From the NCBI RefSeq assembly GCF_036321535.1, contig NC_087436.1:17732001-17796000 (forward strand): a stretch of 64,000 nt of DNA, written 5' to 3'. The position numbers and the translations under genes are program-made. Every line of letters begins with the position of its first letter. The stretch's first letter is position 1. Origin of the DNA: Camelus dromedarius (taxonomy: Eukaryota). The notes under the pieces are model-generated. The model searched no databases and had not been told where the DNA came from. It was given only the letters and a program-made list of their open reading frames with translations. This document shows, piece after piece, positions 51,347 to 63,011 of the stretch.

Positions 51347-52809
51347 TGTGTATATACATATATGTATACACACACACACCGCGCGCACACACACACACGT
51401 ACATCTTATCTGCCAGTGAACCTTGGAGAACACTGGACTTCTGACTGATTCCATTTTTCACTCTTGCCCCCTGGATCTCCTGGGTCTCCATACTGCCTCG
51501 GTAGCAAAGATCATGATGGCTTTTACATCTCCTTTCCCAATCAAAATGATTCACAGGCTATGTTGCTGCTTCTCTGCAAGCTGGGATGTGATTTTGTTCT
51601 TCCCAGACTTGTATAACGCATATTGTTCTGTATTTACTCTGCCAAGATTTCCATATGTTTCATTAGCATTTTTCCTGAGGGCTCAGCCGTATCCTAAGTG
51701 TGGAAATACGGGTTCACGTCATGGATTTCAGGAGGCTGGGGCTTGACATGCAGCCTCATCTTCTCTCCATGTCTTTCAAACGTTGATATTCACCAGCACA
51801 CCCACATCAGCTGGAGGTAAGACACCTAACAGGTGAATAGTGAACACAAGCACAAGCATATCATTCCTTGACCTTCCTTCTGTGCCTCCTGGCTCAAGCA
51901 TCTCCAAGATTTGCTGGTCAGTTGGTTATTTATTCCAAAGATGATATTTTAGGAATTCCATAGAGAGAAAGCTATTGATATATTCTTACTATAAAAGTTC
52001 TTGATAATCCTCCTTACCCAACTTCGTATTTCTTACCCAATGTCAATTCTTTCCCCACAAAAAGGTCTTGTTGGTTATATTCCTAAATTTGTTTTCAAAA
52101 AGGTTAAACATTGTATCATCCAAGTTTTATTTCCCTTTGGACTTTTACATATAGCATGTTATTTCCCAACTTTTACCCTCTATATTATCTATGACAAAGT
52201 TGCAGTGGGAGAGGAAGAAAACTCGAAAATGTATTAATAAATATACATATACTTCTGGGCAACTAGGAATTGGGATTGTGTAAATTGCTTTGCATCCTGA
52301 TCTGGACTGCAGAATGCACATGAATATATTGTGAAAAATCACTGGACTATGATCTTCATCCCTCAAAGCTTAAACCATAGAATCATCAAAAAGCAAGTAT
52401 ATATTCTGCCCTTGCTATGTTCATAGCAATATGCTAGTTCCTATGGAAAGGAAAAGACTAACATCCTCCCCCAGGGATCTCTAACATTTTAATGAAGAGA
52501 GAAGACTAAATAACGAAATACATGGTCAACAACAAAAGGGCATTTCATAGTATTTTGGCAAAATCACAAGTATCATTAAAAAGGCGATCAAAGGCTCATT
52601 GAATGGTACCACTAATTAGCACTAAAGGAATTCAGAGACAAAAAGGTGCTGAGTAGTCCAGGTGAGCAGTCCACAGAGCAAGTACTGTCAGAAGGGGGAC
52701 CATATGTATACAGTTGCACCCAGGACATGGAGCCCTTTGGTTGCATAGAACATGAGGCCCTGGGGCAGGAATTAGCATGAATGTGATGGCTGGTAGGGGA
52801 TGGGTGACA

Positions 52810-53295
52810 CGTGTCACGTTTCCAGGGCTGTTTCCAAGAACTTTTGAGCATCCTTCCTATGTTGGAGAGTTTCCTCCTGCCCAAAGCAGAAGGTAGGAAA
52901 CTGCTTTCCCAACTTCCCTTGAAGCTAGAGTATGGGCTCATGCCCTGAGCCTCTCCAACACACCTCATGCAAGACATGAGTGTGGAAGAGGGTGGTGTGG
53001 GTGAAGGAATGTGGTCTTAAGTTGATGCTGGCAGGGGGCAGGGACAGACAGCCTTCAGGGGCCACCGTGACAATGGTCCTAGCTCTAGCGTCCCCTGCAA
53101 ACTTCAGAGCCTGTGTCCAGTGGCATCAACAGTGCCATCCGGAGATTGTCCCTGAATGCCAGGCAACCAAGCTTGATTCTCTGGCCATCACAGAGACTCT
53201 ATGACATAAAATGTATTCCTTTATAAATTTCTCATTCTGCTTAAAATAGTGCAGGTGGGCTCTGTTGTTGCCAACTACAAACTTTAACAGCAACT
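52810..53295 (+). mobile_element. ERVL LTR (LTR33-like)
   Basis: 'ttcccaacttcccttgaagctagag' and end 'ataaatttctcattctgcttaaaatag...tctgttgttgccaacta'. Confidence 0.75.
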
Positions 53296-53499
53296 AAGGA
53301 GAGCCCCAGATTCCTCTCAAATCAATATTTGTTTAAAAGAATGAAATAAAATGTATACTAGTAAAAATACTAAGTTCAGAACAAGTTCTAGAAAGGTAGG
53401 AAGAAAAGCAAGTGGCAAAAAGATAAAGAGAGAGCATGGAGATTGAATATAAGGGTATAATATGCAAAATGGCATGGATGCTGGATGTTTGGTGGGGGA

Positions 53500-53946
53500 G
53501 TGTGGCTGCTCTCTCCTTCCTGCACACATCTTCGTGTCCTGGGAGGCTGCCTTCTGTCCTCTGCACCCTTGGGCCCCCTGCGTTCTGGATTCCCGCTGGG
53601 TTCTGCCAGCGGGGAGCATCACGAGGCAGAAGAGGGAGATCAGAGGAGTCCATTCCCTTGGCTCCCTCCACACACAGCCTCCTGGTCGGAAGCCCGTCTT
53701 GCCAAAGGGCTAGGCGCCTGTCGGGCAGCCTTGTTCGCATCACATTCTTGCTCTGAGTATCTTTTCTTAGCTCTTGGAATGTAGGGATGGTGATGGAACG
53801 CCAAAGCTGCTAGTCCCAGGGTACTGCTTATTCTCTCAGGTTTCCCACACTCATTCCCACCTCTGCAAATGGTCTGTTTATAAACTCTCCTTCACTTACC
53901 CAGCGGAGTGTGCCATCACTCTCCTGCTGGGACCCGGACTCATAAA
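53500..53946 (+). mobile_element. ERVL LTR (LTR41-like)
   Basis: 'gggaggctgcc...ctggattcccgctgggtt', 'attcccttggctccctcc' and end 'taaactctcc...gagtgtgccatc...cctgctgggacccggactcata'. Confidence 0.8.
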
Positions 53947-54021
53947 GCAGTAGGTGTTATTTGGACATACATGTCTTATAAAACTATACAGACCTGCAGG
54001 GTTCATTCAGAAGAGTAGTTG

Positions 54022-54156
54022 GTGGGGACGGGGGAGGGTATAGCTCAGTGGTAGAGCGCATGCTTAGCATGTATGAGGTCATGGGTTCGATCCCCAGTAC
54101 CTCCATGAAATAAAAATAAATAAGTAAACCTAATTACTTTGCCCCCCACCAAAAAG
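54022..54156 (+). mobile_element. Vic-1-type (camelid) tRNA-Ala-derived SINE with 12-bp TSD
   Basis: 'ggggagggtatagctcagtggtagagcgcatgcttagcatgtatgaggtcatgggttcgatccccagtacctcca' followed by 'aaataaataagtaaacctaattac'. TSD gaagagtagttg (54010-54021) / gaagagtggttg (54157-54168). Confidence 0.92.
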
Positions 54157-54544
54157 GAAGAGTGGTTGACCCCAGGGGATGGGAAGGGAGGGAGAATGAT
54201 TAGATTAGAGAAGAGTAAACAGAAGACACAGCAAGTGTATATGTAACATATATCATATAAAGGTTTATTCTTAAGCTGGGTCATGGGAACGTGAATGTTT
54301 TCTAGCGCATGCTTTATGATTTTTATATTAAAGTCCATAATTTAATAACAAGTTTTCGCTTTCTCCAGGATATCTTTTAGCAAATGAAAGTATTCATTTT
54401 AACACGGTTTATTTTACCAAGCTATTCTTTTACGGTTAGAGCTTTTTACGTCCTATTTTAAAAAGCTTTGCCAACCAAAATCATGACACAGAAGACACCA
54501 ATCTCTGTGCCCTCAACAAAGAAAAACAATTTAGACAGCTGTCC

Positions 54545-54895
54545 ACAAACAGAAACTCACACAGAGAGTAGAGTGGTGGTTACCAGGGACTTGGCGGGTG
54601 GGGGGGATGGAAAGCTGGTCAAAGGGTACAAACCGCCAGGTATAAGATGAGTGAGTTCAGGGGGGTATAATGAGCAGCATGGTGATTACAGTTAATAATA
54701 CTGTATTATACACTTGAAAGTTGCTAGGAGAGTAAATGTTAAATATTGTTAACCACAAAAAAGAAATGGTAATTATGTGAAGTGATGGAGGTGTTAGCTA
54801 ATGCTACAGTGGCGTTCACATTGCAGTATATGAAGGTGTCAGTTCAGCACCTCACGCTAGCACGACGTTATATGCCAATTATGTCTCAGTAAAGC
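54545..54895 (+). mobile_element. L1MA9/L1MA10-like 3' end
   Basis: 'acagagagtagagtggtggttaccaggg...ggtcaaagggtacaaac...acttgaaagttgctaggagagta...aattatgtctcagtaaag'. Confidence 0.85.
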
Positions 54896-54909
54896 CGGGG
54901 GCGGGACAT

Positions 54910-57290
54910 GTGGGGATCTTTGCCTGCTTAAGAATATCTTAGCCATTAAAACACGCTCTCTGTTATTTTCGAGAAGCTTTATCAAGTTACCCTTCTCATT
55001 TAGGACTACAAACTATTTGGAATTTACTTTTTGGGGTGGTGTTATGTTTTCTATGGTCAACGTACTGTGGCATTCTCATGGCTAACACGGTGTTTAGGAT
55101 TTCTACTTTTTGTTCCTAAGTGAGATTAGCCTGGTGTTTCTTCTTTTTTATTTTTTTGTTTTTTTGTAATGGCCTAGGAATTGGCTACGGGTAATATTTC
55201 TTCCTTAAATATCTGGGGCATTCACTGAGCCTGAATATTTCTTTCTGGGAAGGTCTTAAGTTAGAGATTCCATTCCTTGAATAGAACTATTCATACTTTC
55301 TTCTCTTGCATCAATAGTAAGTATGTAGGGGTAAATATTTACTTTTTTCCACTTGGATATCCAATCAATCTTGTACCATTTGTTTAAAAGGCCCTGCCCT
55401 CCCCAGCCCCCATAGTATGGTATAACTACAAATCAGATTACCATATATTTGTGGTGAGTTTTGGACTCTGTTCTATCCTTTACCTTTTTATCTATCCTTG
55501 CATCAATAACTCGCTATTTTAATTACGGTGGCTCTGCAGTGAGTCTTCATACCTGATTGTATATGCCCTATATACTTCTTTTATTCAGATTGTTCTGGTT
55601 ATTCTTGACCCTTTATGGTGCTACATAAACAGAAAATCAACTTGTCACATTTTTCAAGACAAACAAACAAACAAACAAAAAAACCTTTTTATTTTTAACT
55701 TTTCAATTGGAATTGCATTGTACTTCCATTTTATCTGCAGAGAAATTTCGGAAGGATTGACATCTTTACAATATTGAATCTTCTAATTAATGTACATGGA
55801 AAAAAATCTCTTCATTTAGTTGGTTCTTTAACTTACCTCAGTAATGTTTTATAGTTTTGTGTGGAGAGTTTCCTCATCTTTGTTAGATTTATTTCTGCGT
55901 GTTATTTACTTTCGACACTATTGTCCATGGTATTGTGTTTTTTAATTGTATTTCTAAATTATTTGTTGCTAGTATATAGAAATGCAATTTTTATAGTGAT
56001 TTCACAAAATTCACTTTTTAATTCCAGTGATTTATGTGCACATTCTCCTGGATTTTCTGTATCAGTAATTATTTTGCCTGTGAATGTCTCTTTCTTTTTA
56101 AGTCTTTTTTTTTTTTTTTTTTTTTTGGTCTTATTTCACTGTCTAGAACTTCTAGTGCAATGTTGAATAAAAGTGGTGGTGATAGCAAATACCTTTGTGT
56201 CCTCCCTTAAGGAATAAATTTCAGTATTTCATGCCTAAATATTATGTTTCCTGTAAGATTCTGTACATACTCTATGTCAGATTGAGGAGTTCCTTTCTAC
56301 TCCTAGTTTGTTAAAAAAAATTTTAACATAAACAAGTACTGTTTTTAAGAAAATACTTTTACTGCAGATATTGAGATAATGCTTTAATAATTTTTCTCCT
56401 TCATCCTACAAATGGATTTGTAGAACTTGTAATGGATTAAATGGACTGATGTTTGAATGTTAAAACCATTTTTCATTCTTGGAATAATCTAACTGGGTTA
56501 TCATCTTAGCGTGGGTTATCCCTGAAGCAGTCCCTGAGACAACGATTTGGTTGCAAGTAGTTAATTAGGGAGTTGAAGAAAACTCTGCCTGGGGAGTGGA
56601 GAAATGAGACAGGGAAGGGAAGGATGCCAACAGAGAGTGGATTATCAAGCCTGTGGCCATGGTGGGTGACTGGAGCTTACACCAACAAAGAAACTTTGGG
56701 AAATGGTATTGGCACAAAGCTTAGAGTTATTCCACCTGAGAGATGAGGGAACTGGAATGTTTATAAACCAACCCCTACCCACCAATCAGTCATTTGTGGA
56801 GGACTGTTTCTGGAAAGTTTTGATTCTCTGATATCTGTGGCCTCTGTGTATGGAGGCAGAGGATCTTCTGCAGCTCCAGAAAAGCTCTCAGGAAAGAAAT
56901 GAGTCTACTAAAAGGTAGCACTTGACCATCTCATGGGCCACATCTGCAACACTGGTGAAACATGCTTTTAACATAGTGTGGGATTCTCTCTGCTGATACT
57001 ATGTTTGGGATGTTTGCTTTTGTGGTCATGAGTGACGTTGAACTCTTGATCCTTTTTTTTGTAATGGCCAACTAATCAGCTATTGGTGATATTTCTTCCT
57101 TAAATATCTGGAGCATTTGCTGAGCCTGGATATTTTTTTCTGAGAAGATTTTAAGAGAGGGGTTCCATTTTTTCAACTAGAACTATTCAGACTTTGTTTT
57201 CTTACATCAGTTGCAGTAAGTTGTGATTTGAAAGGTACTTATTTATTTTGAATTTGCAAATTTATTGTCATGAAATTTTATCTGTTATAT
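54910..57290 (-). mobile_element. Old L1ME ORF2, antisense, interrupted by an LTR and a local duplicate
   Basis: 'ttggaattgcattg...ttgacatctttacaatattgaatcttcta', 'tttgttagatttatttct' and 'ctagaacttctagtgcaatgttgaata'. Confidence 0.8.
56502..56951 (-). mobile_element. ERVL LTR (LTR16-like), antisense
   Basis: 'tcttagcgtgggttatccctgaagcagtccctgagacaacgattt...gcaagtagttaattagggag...gagacagggaaggga'. Confidence 0.8.
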
Positions 57291-57714
57291 CCATACTGTT
57301 GCAAGAGAATATTTTTTATCTTTTTGAACAGAACACTTGATGTCTCTGACGTAGATAACTTTGCTATCATTCAGAGCCACATAAGATCAAATATTACTTC
57401 TATTTGCATAACTTAGGAAGGCAAAAAGCTGCTCCAGAGTGAATTTCTGCCACCACAGCTAAAATCTACTAGTAACTTTTCAATGTAATTCACTCATTGG
57501 AAACACAGTTGACCTCCACCTCACCTATCACAAATCACACAAGTTATAAACATATAAGAAGCATGCAGAGACTCAAAAGAACCCTGATATCAAATCAGAG
57601 CAAGAGATTTAGATTTTGAATTATCAGACTAGAAATGGTAGATGAAGCCATATGAAAGTGCTCACATGCCAGAAAAATGGGGAGAGAGAAAAGTGCCAGG
57701 TTTAAAGAGGAAGG

Positions 57715-57874
57715 GAACTATATTCAATATCTTGTAGTAGCTTACAGTGAAAAAGAATACGAAAATGAATATATGTATATTCATGTATGACTGAAGCATG
57801 TGCTGTACACCAGAAATTGACACAACATTGTAAACTGACTATACCTCAATAAAAATAAATGAATAAATAAAAAT
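57715..57874 (+). mobile_element. Short camelid-type L1 3' terminus with 11-bp TSD, inside an L2 remnant
   Basis: 'gaactatattcaatatcttgtag...gacacaacattgtaaactgactatacctcaataaaa'. TSD aaagaggaagg at 57704-57714 and 57875-57885, target TT|AAAG. Confidence 0.92.
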
Positions 57875-59299
57875 AAAGAGGAAGGAAAATGGAAAGAAAC
57901 TAACAACAAAAATGAATTAGAAAGAACCAAAGTGATGATGTTGGACATGAAAGAAGGAACATTGTCAGGAGGGAAGAATTGGCCAGCCAAGCACAACTGG
58001 AAGAGTGGTCCTGGAGAATGATGAAGTCCACTTGCTTATAAGTGACAGTTAAGAAGTAGTTTTAGTAAAGGAATAAATGTCAGTAAGGAAATAAGTAGTC
58101 AGAAAATGTGAATAACAGATTGTTTCACCCATTTCGAAGAAACGTTCATATTGAATAACCATGGCGCCAGATCATCAAGAGATTTTGAAACGTTTCTGTG
58201 AAAAAAGAAAAAAAGTAGCCTTTTTACTTTGCTTTTACTGTGTCCTCACCCAGCGAGATGCAAGAAGGATAAAAAGCAGTTACAAGTGAACCAGATCTAA
58301 CACCCAAAGGTCAAGAACATTACAATGCAAACGACAACCCCTTTTTCCTTAAACCTGATATTTAAGATCCCACGAGGTTTAATGTTAAAAGAAAGCACTG
58401 CTTTTCCCTCTGGGCCCTTGTATCACTGAAAGTGTTTTACCACTGTCTATAATAAAAGGAAAGGATACAACAGTTCTGAGAGAAGTTATCACACTCTATC
58501 ATTTTCGCTGTGTTTACATGAGACGAAGAAGCTAAGTGTTCCCTGGGAAACCAAGTACAGTGAACTCCTGTCACCCTCACTCGGGCTTTCAGGACAATTC
58601 AAACTTCAGTGATTTCTGGAAATCTCCAATGTGTCAGCAGTCCCAGTTCCAGAATCTCAGCACTTTGATAAGCCTAAAGGTTCTAACAGTGAAGGTATTG
58701 ACCAACCCTGCTCCAAAAAGAAAGATTCTTTGGCTATTTCTCAGTGTTATTTATTGCATAGTAATTTCAGTGCTTTAAAGGAGTCCTTAAACTGCATGAG
58801 TGAAAAAAGGCTAATTATTTGCAGTGAATCGTTGTTAAACGCGTATTAATTGCAGAAGATACATGAATGTCAACAGGGCCGGGGTTGCAAGGCCTTTTTA
58901 GCCCTCCCCCACATCCCTTCTCTAGGATGGAGGACTTGGAGTCTTTGGAGGCCTTCCCGTGCCTTTTTCAGTAGAGATGAAAAAGGACTGACATTGGGAC
59001 TGGGGTGGCAGAGAGCATAGAGAAGGTGAATCCTCCGGATTCCTCCCCTGGGTGGATGTGGTGACTCTCCCCTCCATTTTAGCTGGGATTATGGTGATTA
59101 TTAACTAGTAAGACTGCTTTTTTATTTCCCTCTCACCTCAGTCAGCTAAAAACAGTTTCCTGCAACAGAGTATGCGCATTAAAATGAAATAACGAGTAGA
59201 TGACTTTTTCCTAATACTGTATATTTTGCTCTTTTCTGAACAACACAAACCAATAGTCCTGGCCACGTGGGTTACAATGTCACTATTATAACACTGTAG

Positions 59300-59440
59300 A
59301 CTTTTCAAAGGTTCTGGCCCAACCCCTTATTTTACTGATGAGGAAACGGGGACCCAGAGATGTTTAATTATTGCCCAAGGCCATACAGTTACTGGAAGAT
59401 TAAGGGCTGAAACTCTGGCTGTGTTCTACCATACCAAACT
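59300..59440 (-). mobile_element. MIR SINE
   Basis: 'ttattttactgatgaggaaacggggacccagaga...ttgcccaaggccatacag'. Confidence 0.8.
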
Positions 59441-59465
59441 TTTCTTTCAACAATAAACAATCAAT

Positions 59466-59657
59466 TTTATTTTCTCATTTCTTCTTTCTTTCTTCCGTTT
59501 TTCTTCATCCCTCCCTCCCTCTTTCTTTCTTTCTTTTTCTTCTTACTTTTCCTTCCTTCCCTTCTTTCGTTTTTTCTTTTCTTTCTTTCTTTTTTTTTCT
59601 TTTGTTCTTTCTCTCTTTCTCTTTCTCTCTTTCTCTCTCTCTTTCTCTCTTTCTTCT
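59466..59657. repeat. ~190-bp polypyrimidine/polypurine simple repeat ((TTTC)n, (TTCC)n, (TC)n)
   Basis: Almost only C and T on the plus strand. Confidence 0.95.
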
Positions 59658-61251
59658 GATTAAGAATTGAAGCCAAAGATTGAAAGCACTGGATTCTTTA
59701 ACCTGCCACACTGTCTTCCCTCGAGGCACCGTTAAGAAGCCTTCAAGAGTTTCTTTGAACTGAAACTTGTCATACAGGTTTTCAGCCTGGATGCAACCTC
59801 ATTATTTGGTTTTTTTTTTTAATTTGAAAATAACTCCTTATTTATTTTATATTTGTTTAACTTTGCAAACCTTGATTCATATCTGTCCTATCTCTTTTAG
59901 CATTGATTTCCTATACAGAGGGCCAGCACAGCCATTAAAGTCATTTAAAATGTAGCCACTGAAGCAGTGAGTGAAATTTGGTGACACAGGTCAACAAAAT
60001 TTAGCACAGTTTCATGCATCCAGATTTATTATAGCACATTAGATATAATTTTAACTTGGCCTGTACACCAATAGAATTTTAAAGCTGAAAAACATAAACT
60101 TGAACACTAATCTAATTTAAGAGTAACTGTTACCCAGAAGAGTTCAATAGCATCCATGCCAAGGTCATATAGTTAATTAACCATGGAACAGGATTAGAAC
60201 CCAAGTCCACTGGATGGACTACCACTTCAGCTGTTTACTCCATCACATCCTGTTGCCCCCCTAAAAGCAGTTTACAGATGAATACAGAACTATTTGCATC
60301 TTTCTAGTCCTAATGTCCTTAAAATACACTTTTATCTGTGAGATTTTCTTCAGTATTTACTCTTTTTTATTCGGGGATGGGATGGGGAGAGGATGTTTTG
60401 ATTCTGTCTTCCTTTCTTGAGTCCCACCTTTCTTTCATCTGTGGACCTTTGCTGCAGTTGCCCTACTGAAATGGTAAACAAATCTCCAGCTTCTTGTCTG
60501 GTATCATCAAAGAAGGGGGAAAAAAAGTAAAGGCAGTTCCTTGCACTTATGAAACAGTTTCCTTCCTGGCTGGCACAAGCCATCAATTCTTATGAAAGTA
60601 GCTGCATCGAGAAACCTGCTGTGCTCTTCCTTAGGACTCGGGCACAGTGGTAGGGGGTGGAATGGGATTCAGTTTTCATATTTCAGACATTGTAGAGCCT
60701 AGAACTTCTGTCTGGGTGGAAGAGGGTAACTTTGCCTTTTTACTAACAACATCTCCTCTTAGTTCTGAATCCCACCCCCTGGGCTCCCAGCACACCGAAT
60801 GGGGTATCAAGTCCCACTGCTTGTATTTCTGAACTGGGTGCAGTTTCAATAGCGTTATCCTAATTCAGATGCTAATCAACTCTTTAAGTCCTTGACCCTT
60901 CAATTGACCTCCAAAGGTCTCCCTACCTCTGTAATCTCCTAACTTCAATCCTTCCCAGATGTCTCCATTTCACTTGAATGTCCAACAGCAGAAGGCCTTT
61001 GACTACTGTTCATCTTTCCCTTTTTGACACTCTCAGTTTCTTTGACTGCCAAATCAGCTCCCTCTCCTGAGTCTTCCCAGACCCTTTGCAGGCTCCTCTT
61101 CCTCTGCCCCTCTCTTAAAGCTGGGATTCTTCTCTTCGCTCAATATACAATCCCTGCTGGCCAAATTCATATACTTCACCTGCACCTAACTGATCCCTAA
61201 CAAAGCTACAACTCCAGACCAGAGCCTTCTCTCATACTTTACAGATACAAG

Positions 61252-61450
61252 TCTAGAGGTACTTTGTCCAGGACAGAAGCCCTGATACATGGAGCTACTC
61301 AAATTCAAATTAATTAAAATTTAATATAATTTAAAACTCAATCTCAAGTTCTCCCTACCCATGTGTGGCTAGTGGTTACCATAATGGACAACACAAATAT
61401 AGAACATTTTCATGAACGCAGAAATTTCTTTTGGACAGTGCTGCTCTAGA
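61252..61450. mobile_element. MER33/MER3-like hAT-Charlie MITE
   Basis: 'atgtgtggctagtggttaccataatggaca...atagaacattt...gcagaaatttcttttggacagtgctgctctaga', with tctaga at both ends. Confidence 0.8.
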
Positions 61451-61484
61451 ACTTCCTACAAATGACATTTTTAAAAAACCCACC

Positions 61485-62205
61485 CCAATGTAAATTGGTA
61501 CAGCAATTCACTAGGGAGAACGGTATGGAGGTTTCTTAAAAAACTAAAAATAGGCTTACCGTAAAATTCAGCAGTCCCATTCCTCAGCATATATCTGAAG
61601 AAAACTCTAATTTGAAAAGATGTATGCACCCCAGTGTTCATACCAGTACTATTTACAATAGCCAAGACATAGAAGCAATCTAAATGTCCACTGACAGATA
61701 AATAGATAAAGAAGATGTGGTACATATACACAATGGAATACTACTCAGCTATAAAAAAAAGAATAAAATAATGCCATTTGCAGCAACATAGATGGACCTA
61801 GAGATTATCATACTAAGTGAAGGAAGTCAGAAAGAGAAAGACAAATACCATGTATCACTTATATGTGGAGTCCAAAATATGACACAAATGAACTTATTTA
61901 TGAATCAGCAAGAGACTCACAAACATAGAAAACATACTTATGGTTGCCAGAGGGGAAAAGGGGTAGGAAAGGGATAAATTAGGAGTTTGGGATTAGCAGA
62001 TACAAACTACTATATATAAAATAGATAAACAATGAGGTCCTATTGTATTGCACAGGAAACTATCTTTAATATCCTGTAATAAACCATAATGGAAAAGAAT
62101 ATGAAAAAGAATATGTGTATATATATATATAACTGAATCACTTTGCTGTACACCAGAAACTAACCCAACATTGTAAATCAACTATACTTCAGTTAAAAAA
62201 TAAAA
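61485..62205 (+). mobile_element. 5'-truncated cetartiodactyl-type L1 3' end
   Basis: 'atgtaaattggtacagc...atggacctagagattatcatactaagtga...acattgtaaatcaactatacttcagttaaaaaa'. Confidence 0.95.
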
Positions 62206-62808
62206 AACCACATCTACTTAAAAATATCAAACATCTCTCTTATATGGATGTCTAAACCTGCTCTTTCATAGGAATTTTCTCTCCTGTCCCCTCCACACTA
62301 ACCTGACTCCTTAGTTCCCATAAACTGCGGTAGTGCGCTAATTGATCTCCCTGCCCACACTCTGGCAACCCCCCCCCCAGTTCATTTTTCACAGTGTGGC
62401 CGAGGCTCTTTTTCCAAAAAATAAATCTGATTGTGTCAATCTCCAAGTAATAAACCTTTAGTGGTTTTCCACAATGTTGATAATAAAAGAGGATGCTATT
62501 ATTAATTCTGCTGCTACCATAGGACTAAAATGGGACTTTTAGGGAAACCAGTATGTATGGTCACCCTGTATGGAGTCTACATTTCTTAGCTTGGTTTAGA
62601 GCTTTCACATGCTCTGACCCTGTCTACCTTTTCAGCTCTCTAAATCCAACCTGCCCTTCATCGAATGTAATGTCCTGTTTTACACTGTGAATTTGTTTGT
62701 TCTGATCTCTGTGCATAGACCTCATGCACTCTCCTTGTCATGCCTGCTAAACATGGAATTTTCAAAGACCTATATAAGCACAACCTACTCATTTTAAAGT
62801 ATAGGTAC

Positions 62809-63011
62809 TTCCCACTTATGGAATACTATACAATTCTCAGAGAAACTTGGAAAATGTAGGAAAGTCTTAAAAAGAACAAAAGCATCTACATTCCTACCAC
62901 TCTAAAATATATATAAATTTCCTACTTATGAAATAATATATACTTCTCAGAGAAACTTGGAAAATGTAGGAACGTTTAAAAAGAACCAACGCACCCACAT
63001 TCCTACCACTC
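62809..63011 (+). repeat. 110-bp-period tandem duplication at the end of an old antisense L1ME 3' fragment
   Basis: 'ttctcagagaaacttggaaaatgtaggaa' at 62834 and 62944; both units end 'acattcctaccactc'. Confidence 0.92.

Larger units (their letters stand above)
60900..62800 (+). mobile_element. L2 fragments, split by MER33-like, L1 and a short hAT remnant
   Basis: 'ctttgcaggctcctcttcctctgcccctctcttaaa' and 'ctaattgatctccctgcc...aaatctgattgtgtca...aacctttagtggttttcc'. Confidence 0.75.

Noticed and set aside
53317..53784. Five overlapping ORFs in GC-rich sequence
   Set aside because: They lie within an LTR41-like LTR; GC richness lowers stop frequency and no protein is recognisable.
54034..54105. 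tRNA-Ala(AGC) gene
   Set aside because: It has a T-stem mismatch, an altered 5' acceptor strand, a SINE tail and a TSD, so it is a SINE head.
58130..58230. Minus-strand acceptor (tttttcacag) with a short open frame
   Set aside because: The donor is weak and the peptide unrecognisable; this is not enough to call an exon.
59467..59729. Lys/Arg/Glu-rich ORFs
   Set aside because: Translation of a simple repeat.
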